A stretch of DNA of 25,229 nucleotides, from the IMG/VR virus record IMGVR_UViG_3300037961_000628, positions 1-25,229 of that record. One strand, given 5' to 3'. The position numbers were made by a program, and so were the translations under genes. Positions within the stretch are counted from its first letter, which is position 1, and each line of letters starts with the position of its first letter. This DNA is from a virus. Lineage: Duplodnaviria; Caudoviricetes. The notes below the pieces were generated by a model. It saw only the letters and a list, made by a program, of their open reading frames with translations, did no database searches and had not been told where the DNA came from. Positions 14,766 through 24,308 of this stretch are shown piece after piece.

Positions 14766-17700
14766 CCTACACCTCTTAATCTCTGTGCTAACATCTGATC
14801 TCTTGGATCAGGAAGCGTGATTGGGTTTACATTAGCCAATTGATTTGTTGCGGGAATCGCCAAAGGGGCTGAAGCGATTCCCGCTTGCGCTGCTACGGGA
14901 GGAGCCGTAGCTGCGGCAACTGGTTGTTCTGGTGCTTGCGCTATATTCAAGGTCCGTGGTTCGGGGACCGTGGCACTACTTAATTCGTCAACTATTTCTG
15001 GTCTTTCTATTTCTATAGGTTCACCAGTTAGTTTTCTACGAAGCAAGCTTCTGCGTATTGCGTTTATCTCTCTTACCGGGAACTCTCCTCCAAGTTTTCT
15101 TTGCGTTTTTATAGCCGCGCTTTTTACCTGATCAGATATGTTTTGTGGACTAAATTCACCACGCATTATTTTGTTTGCGTTGCCAACCTTGTATCTGTTC
15201 AAGGCTCTACGAATATCCCTGTCTTCCATACCAAGTTGGCGCATATCTTTAACCAACCTAAACATGTCATTTTGAAGAGTATACAACACCTCGTTCGCTT
15301 TTGCATATGCCTCAATAATATTGTTTGGGTCCATGCGAGATTCTATTTTAGCCGCACGGTTAAATATTTGCGATGCTCCCCGGACGGCAGTTCCGTACTG
15401 AGCAGCGCCATACTTGACCACTTTTTCTGCGTCTATCTTTTGCTCTCTAATACCTGTGATGAAGGCAGCGATCTCTTCCTCAAACTGTCTTACGTTACCA
15501 CGAGGATCTTTGCCATCAGGAGCAGTCAACGCAGTCATTAATCTACTTGGGTTGTACCCAACCTGTCCACCCAGTTCTGGTTTAGGTCCTATGCCACCGA
15601 CAACCTGTTCAACCGCACCCGGGTTGAATGCGTCAAAAATGTGAGCAAAACTTTTAGCGAGGATGGTCCCGCCATCGTCTACACCAAACTCTCCAGAGCC
15701 GTCGTTATATACTCTAGCTCCCGTTCTTGTTACCCCGCCCCGTATAGCTATGTCCGCTATACGCTCCGCTAGGATGGATTCTTCGGTAAGAAAAGGTTTT
15801 GTCATCTCGTCGATGATCCCAAGGCCAGCATCCAAAACCACCTTGTCTGCGTCCAATTTATCTATCTCACCCTTGTTGACCGCATTTAAAACTGCACGAG
15901 CGGGACGCTGCCAGTAATCGTATGGGTTAAGGTAACTATAATCGACGTACCCTGTTACATAGTTTTTGCCGTCTTTGCCCTTCTTAACAGATGTCGGGAT
16001 AAGAGTGGAGTTTCTGCTCCAAGGAGCAACTCTTCTTTGCAGAGCATCCATTTGTTCTTGAGTAACACCAGCAAGATACATACCAAGACCTTGCGCTGCT
16101 GGCGCGGCAACAGCAGTCGTCGCAGTGAACCCCATAAGTCTACGCATACCAATATCACGGACTTTAGAATTAGGTGATTGAAGTTCTTTTATGGCGTACC
16201 TTAGTGTGTTTGCGCTGGTACGAATAATTTCAGCAGGGAACGCTATAAAGTTACCAAGTGGTGCTTTTCGTAAAAGCTTAATTGCTTCCGGCACACGCTC
16301 GTAGTTAGGCACTACGTTTTTAACAATGTCTGCCGCGTACTCATCAACGCTTCTAAAACCCATGTCTGTCGCATACCTTAGAGCATCTGTTTCAGAGCCA
16401 AGAGCAGATATAAGTTTGTTACGTTCAAACTCAAAGTTATATATCTTCCATATATCATCGCCGCCCTGATATGCGTCCCTTGCTCCCTTGGCTATTCTTT
16501 GCCCCGGCTTTATAACGGCTGAGTCAAAGAACTGTCCAAGCTTACTCCTGCCAAGAGTTCTTCTTATGTACCCTTTTTCTCTGCCAACAGAAACACCGAG
16601 CTCATCAAGTTCTGCCTTTAAGCTGCCGCCAAAACCTTCTTCAAGAAGACGATCAATCTCTCGAACTTGCGCCTGTGTTCCAACAACTCCAAGCTCCTGT
16701 AGTTTCCTGAAGTAAACACCACGAGCTTGATCATTGGATATCCCCATAGCCTTGGCTAATCGTGGGATCTCACCCTTGTATATGTTGTCAACAACTAATC
16801 CTATGGACTCGCCTAAATTGGCTCCTCTTCCTATATTACCCTGCGCTGCGGCAAACAAGCTGGCAGTTGTTACATTACGGACTTGAGTGATAGGGGACAG
16901 AACTGTCTTCGCAAACTGCACCAAACCTTTACCACGAAGAAAGTTTCCGTAGGTAAGTCTGGTTGCGTTTGTAAGGGCGGTGCCCTGTGCCATTGTCAAG
17001 TTAGTAAGATTATTGTAGACAGGTTTCTTTACATAAGTTCCTTGCAAGGCTCCAAAAGCTACGTCTTGATCACCGCCCCCAGAATCAAGCTTTCTGTACT
17101 CATTCTTTTTTGCAAGACTTAAATTATCAAATGTTTCTTGACTTATAAATTCATCGCCCTGATCTAAAAAGTTATTGGCAAGATACTGATAGTATGAATC
17201 AACAGCCCGGAACTCTGCCAAGTCGTTAACGGTACTAACAAAAGCTTCCATTGGATCTTTAATTTCACCCAGCACCGCTCGAAGAGCAGGCTCGTTTAAC
17301 TTTTCTTTTGTAAGTAACGAGGTGCGAAGTCTGTCTTTAACTGCTCGGGTAACCGTTCCATCTTGCGCTATAGGCTTAGAAGGCTTTTCATACCGCTTAA
17401 CAAAAGCATCCATCATCTCTCTTGCGGCTGTGTCAGTCATTCGACGGTTGACACCAACACCAACAGTAAAGTTTTCTGGAACAGGACCTACCAACTTCGT
17501 GTATAAGTCCTCTGCAATATCTGGACTTTCCTTATAGAATTGAACTGCGTTTTCGTAAGCTGTGGTAAATGCTTCGTTGTCGCTACGGAACCAATTAGGG
17601 TCTTCAAACGCTGCGAACTTCCGGCGCATATAGTTCTGTAAGTTATTTGTTACAATGTTTTCAACGTCAGGTATCATGCCGCCCTGAACAAAATCAGACC

Positions 17701-18904
17701 GTGATATTGACCTTGAAAGCAAATCAATTTGCGAACGCATTTTTATTGCGTCAGATCTCATAAAGTCAGGTAAGAATTTTGCTAGATCTGTTGCGCTGTT
17801 GGGGTCAAAGTTCTGTCCTAACCTTCTGGCTTCGGCTGCTGCCGCTTCAACAAAGCTTTTGTCCTTTGTTAAAAATCCGTACAAAAGGTTCATGGCTTCG
17901 ACTTGAGTATTAGAATCGCCGTCAATCATAATGTTGCGGAATGAGGGATTGTTTGTGCCAAATATTTTATCTAGCTTTTTTTGTAAGTTAGCTACAATTA
18001 TGCCCGTCTTATTTAATTGTGACTCTACCTTACCAATCAGCCCTGCTTTTTCTTCAAACGCTTGTTGCGGCAGCATGCCACGAGAACGAAACAAACCTAG
18101 TAGCTGATCAGCCACAGGGTACTTATCTATAATTTTTTGAGTAGAGCCAGCTATTGTTTCGCCAGTTCGCGCCGCTAACGTAGAAAACCCTGTAACATCA
18201 GAGACTGCTCTAGTGCCTTTAATACCAGCTTGACCAGCAATTCCTAGAGCTTTAAACACTGGTCCGGCAGCCGCCGTTGCGCCAGCAGCTTCCAACCCCA
18301 ACTTTAACTTGTTACCAATTCTTCGCGCTGCTTCTTCTCTACCAGTCTCCCCAATATTTTCGGAGCTCATCGTGGGACCACCCTCGAAGAAGTCACCGAT
18401 AGTTGTTGTGCCGTCACTCGCCACAAGAGCATCCGTTACACCTGCACCGACAACTTGGGAAGCTGTCTTGGAAGCTTTACTAAAGTTTCGTAGCTTTGCA
18501 GCTTTACCTATAAGTCCAGCGGCCCCGAGACCCGGGACCACGAACTGTACAAGTGCTTCGGTTATTTCACCGGCTGCACCAGTTGGATCAATACCAAGGT
18601 CATCTTTTAGTTCGTTCTTAGCCTTGGATATGCGGACGGCATAGTCAGTGCCAGCGGCAAGATCTGGAATAAGAGCGGCGGACTCAAGAAGACCAGAGCC
18701 TGCTTCTATCACACCACCAACAATACCTTCACCTATCTCCTGTAGTGTTCCTTCGCTTTCGTCTTCAACACTAGTTTCAGGCGTAGGTCTAGTGTCATCA
18801 AACTGTGCTCGTATCTTAGCACGAATCTGATCCATCGATGTCCCGTCTGGAGCGGTGACTTTAAATGATCGTCCGTCGGGGAGTGTTACCTTATACTCAG
18901 GCAT
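14762..18904 (-). CDS. Large internal virion / DNA ejection protein
   Basis: 1380 aa, largely helical, with Gly/Ala-rich hydrophobic stretches near the N-terminus and a YKVTLPDG...V.APDG N-terminal motif. Last and largest of the post-tail cluster. Confidence 0.75.
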   Translation of the reverse strand: MPEYKVTLPDGRSFKVTAPDGTSMDQIRAKIRAQFDDTRPTPETSVEDESEGTLQEIGEGIVGGVIEAGSGLLESAALIPDLAAGTDYAVRISKAKNELKDDLGIDPTGAAGEITEALVQFVVPGLGAAGLIGKAAKLRNFSKASKTASQVVGAGVTDALVASDGTTTIGDFFEGGPTMSSENIGETGREEAARRIGNKLKLGLEAAGATAAAGPVFKALGIAGQAGIKGTRAVSDVTGFSTLAARTGETIAGSTQKIIDKYPVADQLLGLFRSRGMLPQQAFEEKAGLIGKVESQLNKTGIIVANLQKKLDKIFGTNNPSFRNIMIDGDSNTQVEAMNLLYGFLTKDKSFVEAAAAEARRLGQNFDPNSATDLAKFLPDFMRSDAIKMRSQIDLLSRSISRSDFVQGGMIPDVENIVTNNLQNYMRRKFAAFEDPNWFRSDNEAFTTAYENAVQFYKESPDIAEDLYTKLVGPVPENFTVGVGVNRRMTDTAAREMMDAFVKRYEKPSKPIAQDGTVTRAVKDRLRTSLLTKEKLNEPALRAVLGEIKDPMEAFVSTVNDLAEFRAVDSYYQYLANNFLDQGDEFISQETFDNLSLAKKNEYRKLDSGGGDQDVAFGALQGTYVKKPVYNNLTNLTMAQGTALTNATRLTYGNFLRGKGLVQFAKTVLSPITQVRNVTTASLFAAAQGNIGRGANLGESIGLVVDNIYKGEIPRLAKAMGISNDQARGVYFRKLQELGVVGTQAQVREIDRLLEEGFGGSLKAELDELGVSVGREKGYIRRTLGRSKLGQFFDSAVIKPGQRIAKGARDAYQGGDDIWKIYNFEFERNKLISALGSETDALRYATDMGFRSVDEYAADIVKNVVPNYERVPEAIKLLRKAPLGNFIAFPAEIIRTSANTLRYAIKELQSPNSKVRDIGMRRLMGFTATTAVAAPAAQGLGMYLAGVTQEQMDALQRRVAPWSRNSTLIPTSVKKGKDGKNYVTGYVDYSYLNPYDYWQRPARAVLNAVNKGEIDKLDADKVVLDAGLGIIDEMTKPFLTEESILAERIADIAIRGGVTRTGARVYNDGSGEFGVDDGGTILAKSFAHIFDAFNPGAVEQVVGGIGPKPELGGQVGYNPSRLMTALTAPDGKDPRGNVRQFEEEIAAFITGIREQKIDAEKVVKYGAAQYGTAVRGASQIFNRAAKIESRMDPNNIIEAYAKANEVLYTLQNDMFRLVKDMRQLGMEDRDIRRALNRYKVGNANKIMRGEFSPQNISDQVKSAAIKTQRKLGGEFPVREINAIRRSLLRRKLTGEPIEIERPEIVDELSSATVPEPRTLNIAQAPEQPVAAATAPPVAAQAGIASAPLAIPATNQLANVNPITLPDPRDQMLAQRLRGVG

Positions 18905-18912
18905 TTTGCCCC

Positions 18913-20163
18913 CTAGTCTGTTATTCGCTCTATGGTAATTCCGTCGCTGCTGCCGCTGTCTTGTGGGGTTTCATCTTGCATACCCAAACCACCTTCTGGA
19001 GGTGTTTGTGCAATGCCCATAATCATGGCGACATCTGGATGGTCAGGGGGTAGACCCAACGCTTGAGCGATAGCCGTTTGATCAAAATTTTCACCCACAT
19101 ATTTTAATCCACCTGTGGAACGTAACGCCGCTACAAAAATTGGATTTGCATCTGGGTATTTAGAAAGAATTCTTGAAACAATTTGAGAACTAGCTGAAGC
19201 TGATCTAGAACCTTTCATTGCTTGAACTTGTTTAAGTGCGTCAAAAAGGGGCATATCCTGTTCTTCCGCCACGGCTCTTGCTATTTGTAAATCATTCGGA
19301 CCAAGAGCAGCTTTATACTGTTCTGTTAACATTGCTAGTTCTGCTTCGTCCAGCTTCGCACCACGAGCAATGGCCGCGTCGTAATCTGCTTTAGCCATTT
19401 CAGCGGCGGCTAGATTAACGGCACGTTCTGCTTCTTTCTCTTTAGCTTTTAGCTCACCAAACGTACCAAGAGTTTCTTTAGCTCCAGTTGCTACGTTTGT
19501 AAGAAAATCGCCTGACTGTCCTGCTGCAATGTTAAGACCTAAAGTCATAAGCATGAAGTCCTTGGAGGTTCTGATGTCATCTACATCCGACACACCAGCT
19601 TCTTTCAAAAACTCTTTGGCCTCCTTCAACCTGTCTTTCTTTGTCCTCGGGGTTTTAGTCCCTCGTAATTCGGACAATCTATCTGTGAAGTTTTTAAGAG
19701 CCGCGTCGGGCTTGCTTATCCTCTTATCGTCAGGAGCTTTGTCAGGATCTTTTTCTTTAGCTTTCTTGGCCGCCGCTTTCGCTTTTGATTCTGCTATTAT
19801 TTCTGCGTCAGTGATACCTGAAAATTTTGGTTTTTTCTTTTGTCTTACTACAGGGTTCTCTGTTACGATACTTTCTTCTTGTTTTTCTTCTCTTCTTCTT
19901 CTTCTATCACCACGTTTTCCAGCATTTGGATCAACAGCACCTGCATCTGGTTGCTGATCAAAACCCATAAAGCCTGTGTTAATTACAGGAGACGGCATTT
20001 GATTTTGAACTACTGCGTTGATTAACTCAGGGCTGGAAGCTAGAACTCCGAGCGGGGCACGAGCGTCCGCCGCGTCCATACTTCTGTTGCGAAAAGCAGG
20101 GCGCTTTAATACAGCACTTTCCTGATAGTCTTTTAATCTGTTTCCTAAACTAGTTATAGCCAT
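18913..20163 (-). CDS. Putative internal virion / ejection protein
   Basis: 416 aa, Ala/Lys/Glu-rich coiled-coil, GGGAG RBS, located in the ejection cluster. Confidence 0.7.
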   Translation of the reverse strand: MAITSLGNRLKDYQESAVLKRPAFRNRSMDAADARAPLGVLASSPELINAVVQNQMPSPVINTGFMGFDQQPDAGAVDPNAGKRGDRRRRREEKQEESIVTENPVVRQKKKPKFSGITDAEIIAESKAKAAAKKAKEKDPDKAPDDKRISKPDAALKNFTDRLSELRGTKTPRTKKDRLKEAKEFLKEAGVSDVDDIRTSKDFMLMTLGLNIAAGQSGDFLTNVATGAKETLGTFGELKAKEKEAERAVNLAAAEMAKADYDAAIARGAKLDEAELAMLTEQYKAALGPNDLQIARAVAEEQDMPLFDALKQVQAMKGSRSASASSQIVSRILSKYPDANPIFVAALRSTGGLKYVGENFDQTAIAQALGLPPDHPDVAMIMGIAQTPPEGGLGMQDETPQDSGSSDGITIERITD

Positions 20164-20165
20164 TA

Positions 20166-21005
20166 CTAACTCCCAAACTGACCATAAGCGCCAAGACCTG
20201 CAATACCCAGACCCATAAGCTGTGAACCAATACTAGGAGAAGGGATTGTTTGTGTTGTAGTTTGCTGCGCGGACGGAACACCACGGAACAAGTCTGACAA
20301 GAAACCAAGTTTCTGAAAAGGTTCTGATGCTTTTTGCAACATGTTTCTTCTAGCGATGTCAAGTCCCTGCTGACCCATTTGCTGTGTTAGTCCACCAATT
20401 CCAAGCAAAGTATTTATGTCCTGCACACCCATTTGCTGCGCCTGACCACCAAGCTGTCCAAACAAACCGGCCTGTTGCGCTTGTAGTTGCGCTGCATTTT
20501 GCGCCGCCTGTTGCGCTTGTGCGTAGCCCTGCTGCCTGAGATTAGCTGCTGCTCTGGATTGTTCTTGTAAGTTAGCTTCGCCAAGTGCTGCTTGACCGAC
20601 AGCAAAACGTGATCCACCAAAAGCTCCTGCTTGTGCTGCTTGAGCACTAAGTTGATTTTGCTGCTGTTGTCCAGCCCTTTGAATGTCAGCCATCGTTTGA
20701 TCAACAACAGCCTGCTCATAGGGGTTCATAAACTGTTGTGCTGCTCCCGGCTGTGCAAAAGCTCCTGCCTGCGTCATCGCTCCTTGAGCTTGTTGCAAGA
20801 AAGGCAGGTAGGCTCCCAATCCACCTCCACCGGGGGCAACCATTTGTTGAGCTCGTTGCTGCTCCGCAGATAAACCAAACTGCTTTTCTGGAGCAAACGG
20901 CATTTTTGTGCTACCAAGGGCGGTAGCATCATCAAAGATTTTCTTTAAAAACTCTTCCTGAAACGGGGCTAACCGTTGGGTAACTTCTTGTGTTTGTGTT
21001 GCCAT
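20166..21005 (-). CDS. Gln/Ala-rich putative DNA transfer (ejection) protein
   Basis: FMNPY...AGAFGGSR motif, long Q/A helices and a C-terminal Gly-rich hydrophobic segment. Confidence 0.75.
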   Translation of the reverse strand: MATQTQEVTQRLAPFQEEFLKKIFDDATALGSTKMPFAPEKQFGLSAEQQRAQQMVAPGGGGLGAYLPFLQQAQGAMTQAGAFAQPGAAQQFMNPYEQAVVDQTMADIQRAGQQQQNQLSAQAAQAGAFGGSRFAVGQAALGEANLQEQSRAAANLRQQGYAQAQQAAQNAAQLQAQQAGLFGQLGGQAQQMGVQDINTLLGIGGLTQQMGQQGLDIARRNMLQKASEPFQKLGFLSDLFRGVPSAQQTTTQTIPSPSIGSQLMGLGIAGLGAYGQFGS

Positions 21006-21910
21006 TACGCTGTAGCCTCCAACTCAGACATCATGTCGTATAATCTAGCGGCACCTACATCTCTGTCTCCGCCACCTGCCCCACGAACAGCTTTCGCCGT
21101 CAAAACAAATTCTCCATCTGACAATCTAGCAGGAACGGAATCAGATGTTCCTGTCCCCGGTCCGCTGACCTCACCCGTTATCGGGGTATCATAACTCATT
21201 TTATCGCGTCCGTACATAGCCCCGCCATCCGCTGCATTGACAGGCTCTTCATCTTCGTACTCGAAATCATCATCGTACATCCTGTCTACTTCTTTGTTGT
21301 ACTCTGCCATGTCTATCGGGTTAGTTATGTCATATTCTTTGTCTGTTAACGGCCCGTATACTTTTTCGACAAGAGTCCCACCCACCGGGTCAGGTTGAGG
21401 TGTTCCTTCTTCAGGTTTGTCAAGTGCTTGTAGCGCAGTCCCTGCTAAACTAGATGCAAGGAAAGCATCTTTCAGTGTAAAATCGTCAAACAAGCCCCCT
21501 ATCCCGCTACTAGCTTTTCCCGCACCGGCAGAGCCAGCATCCATTGGTGTCTGCATATCCATTAAAGAGGGGTTAGTAATACCCGCTCCCGCTGCTTTTT
21601 CTATACCATACAGCTTGCTCTGTAAGAAACTAGGAGGTGACCCTGCACCACCACCCATTTGCAGCTTGCTTGTGACAGCGGGGGACAAGAAGGAGGTTAC
21701 ACCATATGAGAGAGCGGCATTGGTCAGGGCATCGTTGACCGATCTACCTCCAGCTAGGCTACCCACACCAGAACCAAGGGCTGAACCCATTGCGCCGGAC
21801 ATGCCTAAAGCCGGAGCAAAGTAAAAACCAGCAGCCGCACCAATCAAAGGCAGCACTTCTTTTGCACTGCCTAGTCCTAATGCTTTTCCAAGATCACCAA
21901 ATATTGCCAT
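21005..21910 (-). CDS. Putative pilot/ejection protein
   Basis: N-terminal glycine-zipper hydrophobic region and C-terminal GPGTGTSDSVPARLSDGEFV motif. Confidence 0.7.
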   Translation of the reverse strand: MAIFGDLGKALGLGSAKEVLPLIGAAAGFYFAPALGMSGAMGSALGSGVGSLAGGRSVNDALTNAALSYGVTSFLSPAVTSKLQMGGGAGSPPSFLQSKLYGIEKAAGAGITNPSLMDMQTPMDAGSAGAGKASSGIGGLFDDFTLKDAFLASSLAGTALQALDKPEEGTPQPDPVGGTLVEKVYGPLTDKEYDITNPIDMAEYNKEVDRMYDDDFEYEDEEPVNAADGGAMYGRDKMSYDTPITGEVSGPGTGTSDSVPARLSDGEFVLTAKAVRGAGGGDRDVGAARLYDMMSELEATA

Positions 21911-22137
21911 TATGCTACCTTTACAGTGCCGGAATCATTATACAGCGTCCCCGTCTCAAGTCCAGTGGCGCTTGTGGGCAAGTCTGTTATTGTTATAGTC
22001 GATGCCCGTATATCACCCGGGTTACGTTCCTGCTCAATAAATATCTCCAGTGCTCGAACAAGGTCAGACATGTAGCCAACGCTATACTCTTGCGGAGCTT
22101 CCGGCAGTCTTGGTGCTGGCGTTTGATTGCTAGACAC
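21910..22137 (-). CDS. Small virion protein
   Basis: 75 aa coupled to neighbours. LP.AP.EY N-terminal motif and LPTSATGL..G.LYND.GTVKV C-terminal motif. Confidence 0.7.
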   Translation of the reverse strand: MSSNQTPAPRLPEAPQEYSVGYMSDLVRALEIFIEQERNPGDIRASTITITDLPTSATGLETGTLYNDSGTVKVA

Positions 22138-24308
22138 TAGCGCCTCCCATCCTGACGTAAGTCAACTCTAGGACTGCCAAGCCGCCACTTAGCGCCAAGT
22201 GCAGTTGACTCGACTCTCAATGCAAAAGATCGACCTCGGGCACGGACGTACAACTGTTTTGTGTATTCTTCAACAGGACTAGTCTGCGTCCTCGTCGTTG
22301 TGGATGCTGCTGTATTACCAAAATCTTCACCCGGAAAGTCTCTTGACTTAATTGTAAATGTGGCTTGCGGGGTAGATATAGCAGTAGAACCAGAGAAACT
22401 TAAATCCGGTATAACCCTTCTGACATAAGTAAAGTGGTCCCCATCTCCTATGTCCATCACGGCTGACTCAATGTATGATGTCATTGCGCTGCCATCGTCA
22501 TCATGCCCAAACTCTTGGTTGTATACATACCCGCCCTCTGTAGCCAAAGGAAAGGGCCGAGTACCGCGATCCAACCACGCACTTCTTGCTAACGTACCGA
22601 AGTACCACAGCTTTTCTAGGTAGTTGTACACCACATAGCGGTCATTCTCCGTTGATCCAGATGCCGGGTAAAACCAGAACACCTCACTGAACTCAGAGTT
22701 TACCCCACCGTATATCTTGTCACTCTGTTCCAGATTGATATCATTGAATACTTTGTCCTTGACAGTGCATGGTAGCTGGGCTGTCTGACCAGCATAGACG
22801 TAAAAGTTATCGTCACCCATCCAGAACACAAAATCTTCCGTGGCAACAGCGGCGTTTGGTCCGGCGATAGTTATGTTGGATGCAAGCTGCTGTAGACCAA
22901 AGGTAAAGGGAGGCCCGATAAATCTCATGGAGGTTAGTGCAGTGTCAGTCCATATCAGGATTTCACGCTTTGTTTCAATGGCTTTTACAAAGGTAGAGCC
23001 AGAGCCAAGCCGCAAGTCCCCGGCGGTGTTGGTTGTTACAGGATACCAGTCAATTGGGTTTTCCTGACTGGAGAAACGTATTAACAACGGATCTTGGACC
23101 CCGTCTCCTTGTGCGTCTGTCGCGCCACCGAGACCATCACAACCAAAAGCAAGAACGTGACGATCTCTGTCCGACACCATGATCTGCTTACAAATGGTGG
23201 GTACGCTTCTCTTTGTGCCTGATCGGGTGGATAGTTCTACTGCTCTGGCTCCTGTGCCAGTGGACTTGTCCCAGTAAAACACACCGGAGTCACGAGGATT
23301 TATAAGGAGATCTTCTCCGAAATTATCGTGTGACCACAGACGTATCTGTGTTGTAGTTGTCAGACCACCGGAAGCTGCAACACCCCAACCAGAGAAGTCG
23401 TCGGCTGGATCAGCGTTACCTTTAGCTAGGATAACTAGACTTCCATCCACATGACTAGCCGCAGTTGTGCCGGAATGCCCACGGGTACAACCCGTTAGAT
23501 CATTGCCAGAGATACCACCAACAAGAATTAACTCATTGTCAATCATCACAATGTCAGTAGCCACAATGCCTGTGGTGCTGGTTACGGTAATTGTGGTATC
23601 ACTATTTGAAAGAGTGCCGCCCTCGTTGACCGTTGTCTGTAGTGGTGCTGAAGTTCTACCACCATACAAACCTGCGCCCCAACCTGTGCCACCCACTGTG
23701 GTATTAAGACCTACGTTGATCTGATAGTTACCTACCGTGCTGCCGCCGCCATTACCTGTGTCAGAGCCGTTGGATGTTACTGTAGCCCCAAGAAGATCTT
23801 TGGCTGTAATTTCATAGGTACTACCAGAAAGAACCTGATCAATACTATATTCTTGATTTAGTACGGTGGCAGTTATGTTTCCGCCAAGACTTGCGGCGCT
23901 GGAAAAAGTAACAAAGTCCCCGGTTACCGCACCGTGGTTAACGTGAGTTACGGTGATTGTGCTAGAAAACGGTGCTGATGTTGTTGCGGCAAAGGTAATA
24001 ACACCTGCACTTGTAGGTGATCCAGTGCGAAGAGGAGTTATATCGTTGAATGTGCCGCCTTCTTCTAAATAATATTTTAAGTTTGTACCCAACCCAAGAT
24101 AGTTAGATCCGTCAAGAGCAATCCAGTTATGTAAGGCACGACAAGTACCTAGAAAAGTCGAACTGGCGTACTTTGCCCAGCCACCTATTTTTTCGGGGTA
24201 GCCTAGACGAAAGCGTATTTTGTCACCGTCTCTCCACCCACCTTCGTTGGAGTACGCTGTAAGATCCTGTACAAGCCCGGGTCTGAATTGTAGTTTTGTT
24301 AGCGGCAT
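22137..24308 (-). CDS. Tail hub/nozzle protein (P22 gp10 / packaged-DNA stabilization-like)
   Basis: 723 aa beta-rich. N-terminal W.DGDK.RFR.G.PEKIGGW; beta-propeller-like IRFSSQE...W...TNTAG and EVFWFYP; C-terminal RARGR. Confidence 0.75.
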   Translation of the reverse strand: MPLTKLQFRPGLVQDLTAYSNEGGWRDGDKIRFRLGYPEKIGGWAKYASSTFLGTCRALHNWIALDGSNYLGLGTNLKYYLEEGGTFNDITPLRTGSPTSAGVITFAATTSAPFSSTITVTHVNHGAVTGDFVTFSSAASLGGNITATVLNQEYSIDQVLSGSTYEITAKDLLGATVTSNGSDTGNGGGSTVGNYQINVGLNTTVGGTGWGAGLYGGRTSAPLQTTVNEGGTLSNSDTTITVTSTTGIVATDIVMIDNELILVGGISGNDLTGCTRGHSGTTAASHVDGSLVILAKGNADPADDFSGWGVAASGGLTTTTQIRLWSHDNFGEDLLINPRDSGVFYWDKSTGTGARAVELSTRSGTKRSVPTICKQIMVSDRDRHVLAFGCDGLGGATDAQGDGVQDPLLIRFSSQENPIDWYPVTTNTAGDLRLGSGSTFVKAIETKREILIWTDTALTSMRFIGPPFTFGLQQLASNITIAGPNAAVATEDFVFWMGDDNFYVYAGQTAQLPCTVKDKVFNDINLEQSDKIYGGVNSEFSEVFWFYPASGSTENDRYVVYNYLEKLWYFGTLARSAWLDRGTRPFPLATEGGYVYNQEFGHDDDGSAMTSYIESAVMDIGDGDHFTYVRRVIPDLSFSGSTAISTPQATFTIKSRDFPGEDFGNTAASTTTRTQTSPVEEYTKQLYVRARGRSFALRVESTALGAKWRLGSPRVDLRQDGRR

